Positions 50,825 to 62,636 of a stretch of DNA of 64,000 nt are shown one piece after another. Within the stretch, counting starts at the first letter, position 1. Every line of letters begins with the position of its first letter. Source of the stretch: Eledone cirrhosa (Eukaryota); NCBI GenBank assembly GCA_964016885.1, contig OZ024755.1, positions 5,270,001 through 5,334,000 on the forward strand, read 5' to 3'. The position numbers and the translations under genes are program-made. The notes beneath the pieces were generated by a model that did no database searches, had not been told where the DNA came from, and saw only the letters and a program-made list of their open reading frames with translations.

Positions 50825-51099
50825 ATACATAAACAGAGAAAGCCTTAAGAGATACTCCGACCAATTCCATCTCACTCAACAAACATTAGGATATACCTAA
50901 GTATATTCCCAATTTAGTGTTTGGGGTGCTAACTAATCAGTATTTCGTGGATAGCTGGTTGTATTATTTTATATGAGACATTATTAAATATCTCTTTCCT
51001 TCCAGACGGCCACCGTTTCGTTATAAGATTTCTACAATTTGGCATAAATAATTTCCAGGTTATGTAGAAACTTGTGTATATATATATATATATATAATA

Positions 51100-51255
51100 C
51101 TCCAGTGCATTACTGGTACTTTATTTTATTGACCCCGTAAGGATGAAAGGCAAAGTTGACCTTGGCAGGAATTGAACTCAGACTATAAAGGGCTGTAACT
51201 CTATGCTGCAAAGCATGGCGTCAGACCCTCTACCGATACTGCCAATCTACCGCCA
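51100..51255 (-). mobile_element. Meta-domain-like SINE with complete tRNA-like head
   Basis: The reverse complement begins GGCGGTAGATTGGCAGTATCGGTAGAG (A box) and contains GAGTTCAATTCC (B box). Confidence 0.82.
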
Positions 51256-51779
51256 TATTTAATAATAATCCGTCCTATTTAATAATAAAGCAGAGCTAGA
51301 ACTAAATGAAAGGTGGCATACAACTAAATTGCTATCTGAGTCTGTAGAATGTTTCACATCTCATTTTATAGTATTTCTTTCATTGACATAATGCAGACAG
51401 GTTCATTGATAACAAACTACAGATTGTACAGACCGTCAACTAACCTGAAATTCTGACAACTTTTAAATGTTTCACATCTCACCTTTATATGAAGTCTGTT
51501 GAAAAACTATCCGACTATATAGCTGTTGAAACGGCCAGAGCTCAGCCGTCGGGGTCCTGACTCTTTTTATATATATATATATATATCATCATTTCATTTT
51601 ACGTCCGCTTTTTCCCTGCTTGCAAGGGTGGGATGGGAACTGGTTCTGGCTTGATTTCTACAGCTGGATGCCCTTCCTAACACCAACCTCATTTACAGTG
51701 AGTGCTGGGTACTTTTTTGCCGTGGCACCTACACGTCCACTTTACAGTGGAAGGATATGGACCCCAGTCCCTATCATCT

Positions 51780-51922
51780 CATTTCTACAGCTGAGTAAAC
51801 TGGAGCAATGTGAAATAAAGTGTCTTGCTCAAGGAAACAACACATCACCCGATCTGAGAATTGAACTCACAACCTTTCGATTGCAAAGCCAATGCTCTAA
51901 CCACTAAGCCATGTGCCTCCAC
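51780..51922 (-). mobile_element. tRNA-derived CORE-like SINE head
   Basis: Reverse complement GGAGGCACATGGCTTAGTGGTTAGAGC...GTGAGTTCAATTC...CCTTGAGCAAGACACTTTATTTCACATTGCTCC. Confidence 0.78.
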
Positions 51923-51979
51923 ATATATATATTCCTGTGGAAAGTAATAATGTTAAGGAGACAAAAGGTCTCCTACAAA

Positions 51980-52235
51980 GAGGGTTACTAATTAAACCCT
52001 TGCCAAGTATCTAACTTTTAACAGGGATTACCAATTAAACCCTTGTTAAGCATGTAACTTTTAACAGGGGTTACCAATTAAACCCTTGCCAAATATGTAA
52101 CTTTTAAGGGGTATTAGCATTGAATCCCTGCCAAGTATGTGACTTTTAAGTGGGAAGGGGATTCAGCAATTTAACCCCTGCATATGTAACTTTTAAGGGG
52201 TGGGTGGTTAGTTATTTAACCCCTGCCAAGTATGC
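51980..52235. repeat. About 43-bp degenerate tandem repeat
   Basis: TTACCAATTAAACCCTTGCCAAGTATGTAACTTTTAA recurs about 5-6 times. Confidence 0.8.
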
Positions 52236-52249
52236 ACCCCCCCCCCTAC

Positions 52250-52289
52250 CTACATCCTGGGGGTTAATGTCGGATACTTTTTCTACAGA
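52250..52289 (-). CDS. Candidate micro-exon (40 nt, or 33 nt from 52282) of the minus-strand gene
   Basis: A pyrimidine tract leads to CCAAG|TCTGTAG|AAAAAGTATCCGACATTAACCCCCAGGATGTAG|GTAGGG. Encodes SVEKVSDINPQDV and ends in phase 1, compatible with exons starting at 45282 and 50230. Confidence 0.4.
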
Positions 52290-52380
52290 CTTGGTATATG
52301 AAAGGCCAAAAGTTAGATAAAGAAGAAATGTGTCTACATTTGAAAACTGTTTCTTGTAAAATCTGACCAATGTTTGACAG

Positions 52381-52790
52381 GTGTATGAAAGGAGAAATAA
52401 ACTCAATGTTGCTGTTATTTACAAGTGTTGGTGGTGGTGTTGGTGGTGGTGGTGTATGAAAGGAGAAATAAACTCAATGTTGCTGTTATTTACAAGTGTT
52501 GGTGGTGGTGTTGGTGGTGGTGGTGTATGAAAGGAGAAATAAACTCAATGTTGCTGTTATTTACAAGTGTTGGTGGTGGTGTTGGTGGTGGTGGTGTATG
52601 AAAGGAGAAATAAACTCAATGTTGCTGTTATTTACAAGTGTTGGTGGTGGTGTTGGTGGTGGTGGTGTATGAAAGGAGAAATAAACTCAATGTTGCTGTT
52701 ATTTACAAGTGTTGGTGGTGGTGTTGGTGGTGGTGGTGTATGAAAGGAGAAATAAACTCAATGTTGCTGTTTGTTATTTACAAGTGGTGG
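52381..52790. repeat. 71-bp minisatellite, about 5.5 near-identical copies
   Basis: GTGTATGAAAGGAGAAATAAACTCAATGTTGCTGTTATTTACAAGTGTTGGTGG recurs at 52381, 52452 and onward. Confidence 0.95.
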
Positions 52791-53068
52791 TGTTGGTGGT
52801 GGTGGTAGTATTGTTGGTGGTGGTGGTGGTGAGGGTGGTGGTTGTTGTTGTTATTGGTGGTGGTGTTGGTGTCATTGTTGGTAGTGGTGGTGGTGGTGTT
52901 GGTAGTGTCGTTGTTCATGGTGTTGTTGGTAGTGGTGGTAGTGTCGTTGTTCATGGTGTTGTTGGTGTCATTGGTGGTGGTGGTGTCGTGTTTGAAAGGA
53001 GAAATAAACTCAGTTGTGTTTGTTATTTACTAGCACTGTTGGTGTTGTAGAAAAACTAGAGGAAATAT

Positions 53069-53100
<32 letters not shown>

Positions 53101-53694
53101 TAAGTAGGAACAGTATCACTATCAACCAATCAGCTGCCAAGATGGTGAATCAAATGAAATAAAATCAAATGAAATCTTTACCTTTCTTTCTTTTCTGGTT
53201 TGTTGATATGTTGATGAGACAGAGAATAAAAGTACAAGAGATAGATAGTGGTAGGTAGGTAGGTAGATAGATATCTTTCTTTATTTGCCACAGGGGTGCA
53301 CACAAATAGGACATTACAAGACGTGATAGTGGTAGATAGATAGGTAGATAGATAGATAGATAGGTACATAAATATATAGAGTGGTAGATAGATAGATAAA
53401 TAAATAGATAGATAGAGTGGTAGATAGGTAGATAGAGTAATGACAGATAGATAGGTAGGAGGCAGGTAGATTGATAGATAGGTAGATAGATAGGTAGATA
53501 GATAGATAGGTATACATAGGTGAATGAGTGAGTGAGTGTGTAGATGAGATGTATTCTTGAAAGTAGGTGAGGTTTAATTGAATAGGGACAAACCAAATAG
53601 CAGAGAAATTAGTGGGGAAAAAAGGGGAAATGATGCAAAAATAAAGAAAACAGTGTAACAAATATACACACATACGCATGTATATATATATGTT

Positions 53695-53729
<35 letters not shown>

Positions 53730-53797
53730 GCTATATGATAACCCGAATAAGAAAAAGTAATTATTGCTATTACATATATACATACACATATATATGC

Positions 53798-53841
<44 letters not shown>

Positions 53842-54284
53842 ACACACACACCTTGTTCTTTGTCAAACATTTCTTTTTTCTTAAATTAAAAAAAAAAAAA
53901 ATGTTCATATTCTCTTCTCTAATGAGTATTTAAAAAAAACCCCCCAAAAGTGTGTAAACTTGTTGAAATACACATTATTTCCTACTTAGCAAGCAATCAT
54001 GGTATACCAATTAGATTTTAATTACCTCAACAGCAATTTACAGAAGGAGACTGCCTTTGTATTCATCCAATATGCTTTCCTAAGTGCTCCTCTATAAAGT
54101 TATTGTCCTTCATAGCAGGCAAATAAGTTTATTCTCTCAACACTAATCACAATTTTACTATTGAATGTACAACACAAACATGTGGTGACTGGAATGTTGC
54201 ACTGTGGATACAGCATTGTTGAAACACTTTCCATTAATATAGGTGTAGATAGAGTAGCTATGTGGCTAGGGTGGTAGATTTGTG

Positions 54285-54445
54285 TAGGTATGGTGGCTGT
54301 GTGGTTAAGGTGTTCACCTTGCAACCAAGTAGTTTCAGGTTCACTCTCACTACACAGTAACTAAGGCAAGTGTCTGCTAGTAGAGCCCCAGGTTAACCTT
54401 TAACTTGTATGTGGAATTTGGTAGGCGGAAATGAAAGACATCCAT
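54285..54445 (+). mobile_element. tRNA-derived CORE-like SINE, degenerate
   Basis: GTGGCTGTGTGGTTAAG (A box), AGGTTCACTC (B-box-like), GGCAAGTGTCT (CORE-like). Confidence 0.55.
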
Positions 54446-54460
54446 ATATATACGTATATA

Positions 54461-54945
54461 TAGTAATAATAATTACAAAGACCAAAATCTGAAGAGGGCT
54501 CGGTAAGGATTATATGTATGTATGTGTGTGTGTGTGTGTATATATATATATTTATTAAGATAACAGATTAAAGTTTAAGCAAAGAATTGCTGCTTTCACC
54601 ATTAACTGGATCTTCTGAAACTAACAAACAGTGTTTTTCACCGCTCCAAATAATGACGTATTCATTTTTTCCCGTTCTTTGCCAGGGAATGTTTCCACGA
54701 ACCAAAGTATCGTCTTCCTGTCTTCCTCCGGTTGCAATGTTTTTTGAAATATTCACTTCTGCGTTCACAGATTGACTTTGTTAGTTTCAGAAGATCCCAT
54801 TAAGGGTGAAAGCAGCGATTCTTTGCTTAAACTTTAATCTGTTATTTTAATAAATATTTGCTCTACGGTTCTTATATATTTGATATATATTTATCCTTAT
54901 CGAGCCCTCTTTGGATTTTAGTCTTCACATTTATTATTATTACTA
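54461..54945. mobile_element. Family B element, longest copy, with inverted arms around a spacer of about 150 bp
   Basis: Arms at about 54461-54628 and 54778-54945, each with the CAGAAGATCC...GGTGAAAGCAGC motif. Flanked by (TA)n. Confidence 0.72.
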
Positions 54946-54975
54946 TATATATATATATATATACTATATATATAT

Positions 54976-55106
54976 CAGGAAGGGTGTGGTCAAATACCAA
55001 GTGGACCATAATCCACCAGAGTACTCGATACTTGGGGTAGTAGAGTGGGTAATATGAAAAGATTTAGGACCCTGATGGCTGAGCTCTGGAGTCCTGAATC
55101 TTTTCA
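54976..55106. mobile_element. Family A fold-back element
   Basis: GTGTGGTCAAATACCAAGTGGACCATAA...GAAAAGATTTAGGACC followed by an inverted GTCCTGAATCTTTTC and TATA. Confidence 0.7.
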
Positions 55107-55618
55107 TATATACACATATATATATATATAAACCTGTAGAGCAAATATTTATTAAAGATAATTATACACACACACATAATTATTTCAATCATATTACACC
55201 ATCAATGGCTCAATACTTATATGGGATGAAAAGCAGATTTTGCAGAGCTTCAGTTTTAGGTATAATAATAAATTGTAGCATTGCAAGTAAAAAGTACATT
55301 TTAAAATAAAAACATAATTTTACCTCAAACAATTGCTTAGACTGCACTTTCATATGACCACGGAAATATGTCAATTAACTTAATTAAAATGCTTAATTAG
55401 TAAATTAAGACACATATATTACTAATGAGTAATGACTATGTACACACACACATATGTGTGTGTGAAAAGGTTAATGAGTAAAAACAATACAGGAGAACAG
55501 TGCAATTGAATTATATTTTAACGATTGGTAAAGTAGGAAAAGAGTCTTAGTTTCGGGCGTTAGTCCTTCATCAGAAGATAGAATGAGAAATAAACAAGAG
55601 GAAGAATATATATATATA

Positions 55619-55806
55619 TTTAATTAGAAAGTGAACAACACAAAATATAACTACTCCATTACCAAAGGTTTCTGGATCACAGACAATAATAATATACATC
55701 TGGATCGTTTGTCAGACAGAGATGTTAGTATATTATTATCGTCTGTGATCCAGAAACCTTTGGTAATGGAGTAGTTATATTTTGTGTTGTTCACTTTCTA
55801 ATTAAA
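55619..55806. repeat. Perfect 66-bp inverted repeat (fold-back) with an HHR-like motif in each arm
   Basis: 55619-55684 is the exact reverse complement of 55741-55806. Confidence 0.92.
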
Positions 55807-55855
55807 TAGCTCTGTTCTATACATAGAGCACTCTTTTTTCCTTTGAAATTACCTA

Positions 55856-55897
<42 letters not shown>

Positions 55898-57505
55898 GCA
55901 CACATGTTAATATCAAAACTAAACATACATGAAGTAAATTAGGAATACACTTAATACAGAAGTGTATTCTCAATACTTTGTAAAGTCGTTGACATTAGAA
56001 AGGACATCCAACTGTAGAAACCAAACAAAATATAGAATATATGGAGATGGTTTGGTTCCCTGAATTATCAAGTCTTGGACCATGGTAACCTGTCTAACCC
56101 ATGCCATCATGGAAAACAAACATATAAATGAGGATAATCATGATGATGATGAGAATGTCCTTAGTGTAAAATGTAAAAAAAAAAAATCAAAGATATTATG
56201 AAGTAAGTGATGTTATGTTGTATAGTGATTGTAATATAGTACATTATATAAGTTGCTTTGATCTATGAGATGCTTGATTTAACACAGAGAATGGACCAAC
56301 CAACCAACCAATTTGATAATCTTAACAGATAACCAAGCTTCCATTAGTCAGGTGAATCTGTTGGCCATTGTTGCATGACCAATGCAGATGAAAGTCTAAA
56401 GTAAATTAAAAGTCTAACATCCTGCTGCTGCTGTTGTAGCTGCTGTTATTGCTGTTGCTGCACAATATCTTTTGGAGAATAATACTTCTATTGAGTTTTG
56501 TTTGGGCCTTTGTTTCTGTTTCTGTTTTTTTTATAAAATGTTTCACTATTTCACTGTGTGTGTGTAATTGTAAATCTTTAGAGGGTGGTGAGTGAGGGAA
56601 AGAGTGAGTGAGAGAGAGGAGAGAGAGTGTGTGTGTGTGTGTGTGTGGGGGGGGGGGGAGTGTATGTGAGAGAGAGAGACATAAATCTCCTGTTAACATA
56701 GTTTGAAATAATTACTGAAGGAAACGATAATTGTAATGAATGCATTTAGGAAGAAGAAGAAGCATGGTTGTGGTGGGGAACATAATTGTATATATTGTAT
56801 AGATTATAGAATGGGTGTTGAATTATTGATGGCTATATAAACTAAAATGTGTGATCAATTACTGATAGTACAATAGATAGTATTCTAATGAGACATATGT
56901 CGACTTGTGGATATTGATACATTCATAGATTGATAAGTTTGTTTTACTCTACAGAGACCGAAATAAAATAGAATAAAATAAAATAAAATATAAAGAACTT
57001 TGAGAATAGAAAACAAAGAGGATATCTAATAACAATAACAACAACAATAACAGCAACAAACAAAGATTATGAGGTTGATAAGTTATATTCTAGTTAATAT
57101 ATATATATGGCCATTTATAAAGGTAAAATATGTACAAGAAAGATGTTTTAAAGAGATCGTCATCATCATCATCATCATCTTCTCTGATTGTGGGACCACC
57201 CAGATTCTAAATTATGGTTCCGATGTGAGCAGGGCTCAGTGTGGCCAACTTGGCCAGAGTCTCCTCATAACGGTGTCACTCAGGGATCTACTATGACTAG
57301 GCTTTGTGTGGCTAATTGCCCAGGCCTCCCTCATAATGGGGCCACCCAGATCCCAAATCACAGCAAAAGCCCTAATATAGTACAAGGTTCAGTGCGACCA
57401 TCTGGCCAGACTGTCAATACATGCGAGCTGAGTATAAGATATATTTTTCAAAGAAAAATGTAGCTGTGATTTAGAAGCTTCAGCATTCATGTCTCTTTAG
57501 ACTGC

Positions 57506-57734
57506 TTAACCCTTTAGCATTCAAACCGGCTGTATCCAGCCAGAACTCTCTCACTTCTTTCTGTTCAAACCGGCTGTAACTGGCTGCCCACACCTACATT
57601 AAGGTATTGTTCTCAAAATAAATAACATCAAAATCTTATAGATTCGATTTTACGTGAGATAATTATGTAAGATAAAACCTTTACTGTGAAAATACAATAG
57701 TAAATATAAAATAATGTAAATGCTAAAGGGTTAA
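57506..57734. mobile_element. piggyBac-type MITE
   Basis: TTAA TSD on both sides, 12-bp TIR CCCTTTAGCATT / AATGCTAAAGGG, no coding capacity. Confidence 0.88.
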
Positions 57735-58008
57735 AGAGCAGCTTGGAGGAGATTTTGAAGTCAGGCGACATGAATAGACATGCTTTCTTGTTTCTGCTAC
57801 TGCTCATTCTCTTTTTATTTGATTTTCTGATGAAGGACTAGCGTCCAACACATTAAGACTCTTTTCTTACTATATCAAGCGTAAAACTAATATATTTCTT
57901 CATTACACAGTATCATTAGCTTTGTTATTTCTGTTTGCTTTTTGCACACACACACACTCATATATATATATGAGAAACAAAGAATATATGTGAGAGAATA
58001 AGTAATGG

Positions 58009-58056
<48 letters not shown>

Positions 58057-58260
58057 ATAGTCACATGTGTGAGATGTATATGCAATAACTATCTCATAGA
58101 TAATCTACTGTTGCTTTGATATTTCAACACAACAACAACAAGGATAATATATTCTACTTCTTGTTGATGTTGTGGAGAGATTGATGATTGAATTTGTATT
58201 TCTTTGCTCTTAAATGACATGTCAATGGAATTTGATCCATCAACTGTATTGACACTATAA

Positions 58261-58334
<74 letters not shown>

Positions 58335-58759
58335 ATGTACATAATACACACATACATAATACACACATACATAACATATATATACATAACATACATATAT
58401 AATTGTATTCATATATCTTAATAACTCTATCACATTACATATGCAAATATATTCAGTGCTATGAATATAGAATCATCTCCATTTCCATATTTATGTTTTA
58501 ACTTCATCATTATGAAAACAGTCTACTTCTCTTCTCTTCTCAATGTAAATATATTAGCCTTGTAGCCTTTCCAAAGCTCTACATTAGGAATTCAGCTCAT
58601 AATTTTCTGAAAATTACACAGAATTCTGTGTCAGATTTAACAGTTTTTAGTTTAATCTTATCAATATGTCTACTGTCTAAATGTGGATATAGTTCTCATG
58701 AATATATTATTACAATTATTAAGGGCTGCAAATGAAATGGTAGAATTACTACTGTTAAG

Positions 58760-59095
58760 TCTAACTAGGAAGCAGGCCTCAGAGAAAGGCTATCTAGGCA
58801 GCAGACCCCTGAGAGGTGCTTACGATTAAGGTCAACTAGGAAGAAGGCCCCAGAGAAATCCATCTAGGCAGCAAACCCCAGAGAGGTGCTTACCATTAAG
58901 GCCAACTAGGAAGCAGGCCTCAGAGAAAGGCCATCTAGGTAGCAGACCCAAGAGAGGTGCTTACCATCAAGGTAAATTAGGCAGCAGGCCCCAGAGAAAG
59001 GCCATCTAGGCAGCACACCCCAGAGAGGTGTTACCATTAAGGTCAATTAGACAGCCAACTAGAGCGTACGCCTCAGAGAAGCGCTACCATTAAGG
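58760..59095. repeat. 71-bp GC-richer minisatellite built from two related subunits
   Basis: AACTAGG at 58763 and 58834. Subunits are CTAGGAAGCAGGCCTCAGAGA and CTAGGCAGCAGACCCCTGAGA. Confidence 0.88.
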
Positions 59096-59149
59096 CTATG
59101 TACTGAATCAAACCTTGAGCATTGCACAAGGTTTGATAAAGTATAGGGT

Positions 59150-59335
59150 TGTGTAATGCATCAATGTACCATATTACTTGTCATGTGCATTCACCACCCA
59201 TTTATATTTACCACCCATGTCTCAGTGCCATACAGCATCACAACTCCCATCATACCTCAGAGATCATGTGATCTACCCTTTGCTTCGAGAGAGAACCCCT
59301 TTGTTGCCAATGACAATGGTAAATTCAATGAAAGA
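59150..59335 (-). pseudogene. Decayed RTE-clade LINE ORF fragment (post-RT region)
   Basis: Minus strand translates as LATKGFSLEAKGRSHDL*GMMGVVMLYGTETW, matching the RTE motif SLxxKGxxY...MLYGxETW, with an in-frame stop. Confidence 0.7.
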
Positions 59336-59639
59336 CAAAACGTTTATGTTTTAACCAGGAGACAAAATAGTTTATTCTGGTATCCTTCATTTCTTGCTTC
59401 TCAGCAACAAATCTCTCATTTTGTTTCATCAAATTTGTTTTTATTAATCAAATTTGAAATGTTTGATTGATTAGAATAATTCATATTTTTGTAATAAAAA
59501 TAAATAAATTCAAGAAAATTAAATTGATACTAGGACTTATACTAAGATTGGTGTTAATTTCATTAAATGTGTAGTATTTAAAAAGACCATGTAGTGTCTT
59601 GTGTATTCGTATTTCCTTCTACTATTTCTCATTCTTTTA

Positions 59640-59935
59640 ACAACAACCTATCTCTAAACTACATAGTATATTGGACAACATATGCAAACATTCTATTTTA
59701 TATAATATTCAATTTAACAACTTCTCCCTAAACTATATAGTACAACATTAGACAGTATATACAACAACTTCTCCCTAAACTATATAGTACAACATTAGAC
59801 AACATACACAACAACAACAACAACTTCTCCCTAAACTATATAATACAACATACACAACATATTTACCAACAACTTCTCCCTAAACCATTAGACAACATAT
59901 ACAGTCTAATTTATACAACATAGAATTTAACAACA
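59640..59935. repeat. About 47-55 bp degenerate tandem repeat
   Basis: ACAACTTCTCCCTAAACTATATAGTACAACATTAGAC recurs about 5 times. Confidence 0.8.
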
Positions 59936-60465
59936 ACACAGTTTCAATCCACCGTCCTTGAAATAATGAATGTGAACATCTGGTGGACTAAAGAAACATG
60001 GGGAAAATGTTAAATGTAGTCATCCCAACGTAAATAACTAAAATAATAGTTGAGAAAACTGGGTAAAATACCCCTGGAGGGAGGAGAGTGAGGCCAAGCT
60101 GGGGTTTCTGCAAAGAATTAATAATTAAAGATTTTAGTAAATCGCTCTAAATTCTTCGTTAATTATTTGAAATATCATTAGAAATATAATCAGAAAATAA
60201 TGTGTATTTGCGGAAGACTTGACTGTTTTTTCTAGCAGGGTGATATACCATGCAGAGGCTCATTGTTCCCTTGTTGTCGGCACGTGATTGAAAGTGTATT
60301 TAGTACATAGTAGTTCTAACAAGCTGTTTAATACAGCACGAGACAACCCCCAAAACACTTCTGTCATGGAATTGTTTCCATAGGTGTAAATGATTGTTTT
60401 TTTTTTTTTTGTGATCATTAGATCATTTTATACACTGTGTGTGTGTGTGTGGGGGGGGGGGGGGT

Positions 60466-60497
<32 letters not shown>

Positions 60498-60704
60498 CAT
60501 ACATATATATATATATTTACTGATAACATAAACAAATTAAGTGAACCTGAAATACTTACATTTATGTGATCACAGCTTTTTTAACATTCATAGTGAGGCT
60601 ACAAAGTTTTTTTTATATACCTGAATATTCTGTATATGATTCAATATACAACCCCAATCATATATATCAATAAATTAATAATCCAATAATCCACTCAGAG
60701 AATA

Positions 60705-60892
60705 ATATAATTGTTTCTACTTTTGGCACAAGGCCAGCAATTACCCAGTGTATTACTGGTACTTTATTTTATTGACTCCGTAAGGATGAAAGGCAAAGTT
60801 AACCTCGGCGGGATTTGAACTCAGAATGACAAGGGCCGTAACTCTATGCGTCAAAGCATGGTGTCCGACCCTCTACCTATACTGCCAATCCA
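60705..60892 (-). mobile_element. Near full-length Meta-domain-like SINE
   Basis: Nearly identical to 25800-25985. Confidence 0.85.
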
Positions 60893-61178
60893 CATAATAT
60901 ATATATATACTCACAATGAAAAATAAAAAAAATATATATTTTTTTTGATAGTGAGGCTATCTATATGTTTATTGTATATAAACATATAGTATATGTTTTT
61001 GTATTCACCCTTATTATGCATTAACACTGTCATAGTGCTACTGCCAATTAATTATAACCAGCCAAGTTTGCATGCACTATATGCAAATGAGCAGTACCAG
61101 CCAAAGGTTTCTATTCGCTATATGCAAATGAGCAACTATATAGACTCTAGTCTATTTCCATGCCAGTGTAGGTTCAGT

Positions 61179-61231
61179 GAGTGTCACTGATGAAGGATTA
61201 ACAAATCTTGAAACTGTGCTGTGTGGCATTC
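61179..61231 (+). ncRNA. Type I hammerhead ribozyme motif with a mutated cleavage triplet
   Basis: GAGTGTCA-CTGATGA-AGGATT-AACA-AATCTT-GAAA-C-TGTGCT-G-TG-TGGCATTC gives an 8-bp stem I, a 6-bp stem II and a minimal stem III. The triplet is GUG instead of GUH. Confidence 0.7.
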
Positions 61232-61835
61232 TCGACTGCTACTGACAACTCTATGACATGTTCACAGAGAAAATTAGAGAAAGTAATTTTTTCATTATGA
61301 AAAAAAGCAAACATTTGCATTTGATAGTGAGGCTACCTACATGTTTATTATATATAAACATATAGCATATATTTTCATATACATCTCATATATATAGATT
61401 TATATATATTTGAATATGTAAATGAGAGAAACCAAACTCGATACATGGATAGAGTGATGTATATATATTATTAAATTATTATTTGGCCCCAGAGTCACTG
61501 CTGTAATTTCCCAGTTACAATAAAATATTTATCACTCTCTCCCTATATCTTCAGTTTGTTTGCTCCCATTTGTAGAGCCAAACCTATACATGATGCAAAG
61601 GTATTATTCACAGACCAGAACTATGGCAAAATACAGAGAGGTGTGATTGGGAAGATACAGTATACATACCTCTTTTCTAAGAGAATTAAAACAGTAGAAT
61701 TAAGTAAACATAATTATAGATTCTATCAGATCAAAATTTACCATTCCACCAGGAAATTATCAAAACATAAATATAAGATGAATACCATAGCAATAATGTT
61801 TACACACACACATAATGTAGATTCTTGTAGAAGTC

Positions 61836-61878
<43 letters not shown>

Positions 61879-62513
61879 TTGTGTTTTTTTTCACATACAT
61901 ATATAAACCTAATATATATATAAGTATTTTTTCACATACATCATATATATATATACACATATGTTGTTTTTTTTTTACATACATATATAAACCTAATGTA
62001 TACATATACATTAGTATTTTTTTCACATACATCATATATATATTAATGTTTGTTGACTGTTTACTTTGAAGTTTTGCCAACACTACTGGCTTAAAAATAA
62101 ATTTATAACAAATATTACACCATGTTTTTTGTATTGAGTACTTTTCTTGTCAAATTCAAACGTACATATATTGATAGATAGATAGATAGAGAGAGGAAGA
62201 CCAAAATATCCAAGAAGGCAAGAGAATAAGAGAAAATATATAAAGTAAAGGAGAGAACCAAAATGACAACCAAGCAAGGAGAGAGAGAGAGAGGGGTAAT
62301 GTCCAGCAATGTCAACATTACAATAAATAAATTAGATTGTATTTTTTTTTATCAAGTACTTCTTCCCTCTTAAGTTCAGCCATAGATATAGATTTGTAGA
62401 TAGTTCAGCCATAGATATAGATTTGTAGATAGATTGAGAGAGAAGGAGACATGAAGAACCAGAAATGACAACAATGTAAGGAAGAAAAGAATAGAGTGTA
62501 TATATATATATAT

Positions 62514-62636
62514 AACAAAGAAGGTGTGGTAAGATACCAGGTAGACTATAGCGCACCAAAGTACTAGATACTTAGGGTAGTATAGTGAGTAATAGAAAAA
62601 GAGTCAGGACCCTGTCAGGGTCCTGTCTCTTTTCCT
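62514..62636. mobile_element. Family A fold-back element (short hairpin)
   Basis: ACAAAGAAGGTGTGGTAAGATACCAG...AAAAGAGTCAGGACCCTG-T-CAGGGTCCTGTCTCTTTT, followed by (TA)n. Confidence 0.75.

Noticed and set aside
51830-51922. Possible tRNA gene
   Set aside because: The A and B boxes run directly into a CORE-like SINE body and there is no acceptor stem.
54025-54092. Minus-strand AG...GT exon-like segment (GALRKAYWMNTKAVSFCKLLL)
   Set aside because: Phase 2-2 does not fit the neighbouring candidate exons, the acceptor is weak, and a similar TTACCTCAA context recurs at about 55320.
56406-56480. CAG/CAA-rich segment suggesting a poly-Q or S/N exon
   Set aside because: The Q frame has a stop and the splice signals are poor.
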